From Neoechinorhynchus agilis (lineage: Eukaryota > Animalia > Acanthocephala): a stretch of 43,856 nucleotides of DNA. The notes under the pieces were generated by a model. It worked only from the letters and a program-made list of their open reading frames with translations, did not search any database and was not told the DNA's origin. The stretch lies in assembly GCA_051530055.1 (NCBI GenBank), contig JBMGUZ010000018.1:1-43856 (forward strand), in the 5' to 3' direction. The position numbers and the translations under genes were made by a program. How positions within the stretch are numbered: position 1 is the stretch's first letter; every line of letters begins with the position of its first letter. Shown here piece after piece: positions 43,481-43,856 of the stretch.

Positions 43481-43856
43481 TTATAATGCCCACTTTTGCT
43501 CTTCCACTCGACTCTTAAATCTCGGGTTGGAACGACAACTCTATGTCGGAACGTCATTATCAATTGAATTGCAGGGAAAGTTTTGCACCCCACCTGCCAA
43601 GTTAATTAATAGCCTGTTTCTCCCGTTTCGAACAAACTCTGAACAACATCCATACTTGTGTCCCGTGATTGAAAGGTTAAGCTCCTCGTAGCCTACTTTG
43701 GCCACACGGCATTCTTCAATTGCCGCAGCTGCTGCTTTTCCTAACCTTAAATGCAACATTCGCTTTTTCGATCTTCTTTGTAAATTTTTCCGGCCCAGTT
43801 AATCCGAAATTGCAAGATTCCACTAATTGACAAAGCTTTTCTTCTATTAAAATCGA

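Noticed and set aside
42709-43691. Repeated 60-123 aa ORFs starting MESARQEV
   Set aside because: They follow the 234-bp satellite period, begin at TTG, and show no coding signal.
1-43856. rRNA, tRNA or snRNA genes (possible targets of the R2-like and CRE elements)
   Set aside because: None recognised by eye; a covariance-model search (Infernal/Rfam, tRNAscan-SE) would be needed to exclude divergent copies.

Overview
Eukaryotic (invertebrate-animal-like; species not determinable here) repeat-dense window made mostly of decayed mobile elements, endogenous viral elements (EVEs) and short segmental duplications. One apparently intact gene is recognisable: an intronless metazoan-type mRNA capping enzyme (16856-19108, -) whose triphosphatase P-loop lacks the catalytic Arg. 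Viral-derived pieces are rhabdovirus-like L polymerase fragments (capping, connector and C-terminal domains), a possible rhabdovirus N fragment, and a tombus/noda-like S-domain capsid fragment joined in frame to a Penelope element. There are three divergent copies of an unidentified ~1,280-aa virus-like ORF, one split by a nearly complete CRE-clade retrotransposon carrying a ~58-copy 21-bp (PPPPSTM) array, plus a second unidentified ORF chain. Other remnants: piggyBac, RTE, Ty3/Gypsy, R2/NeSL-like, LINE ORF1, CR1/L2-like, and 336-bp and ~235-bp satellites. Most TE/EVE remnants lie on the minus strand, as in unistrand small-RNA clusters (inference). Family assignments rest on motif recognition by eye with no database searches, and many boundaries are approximate.
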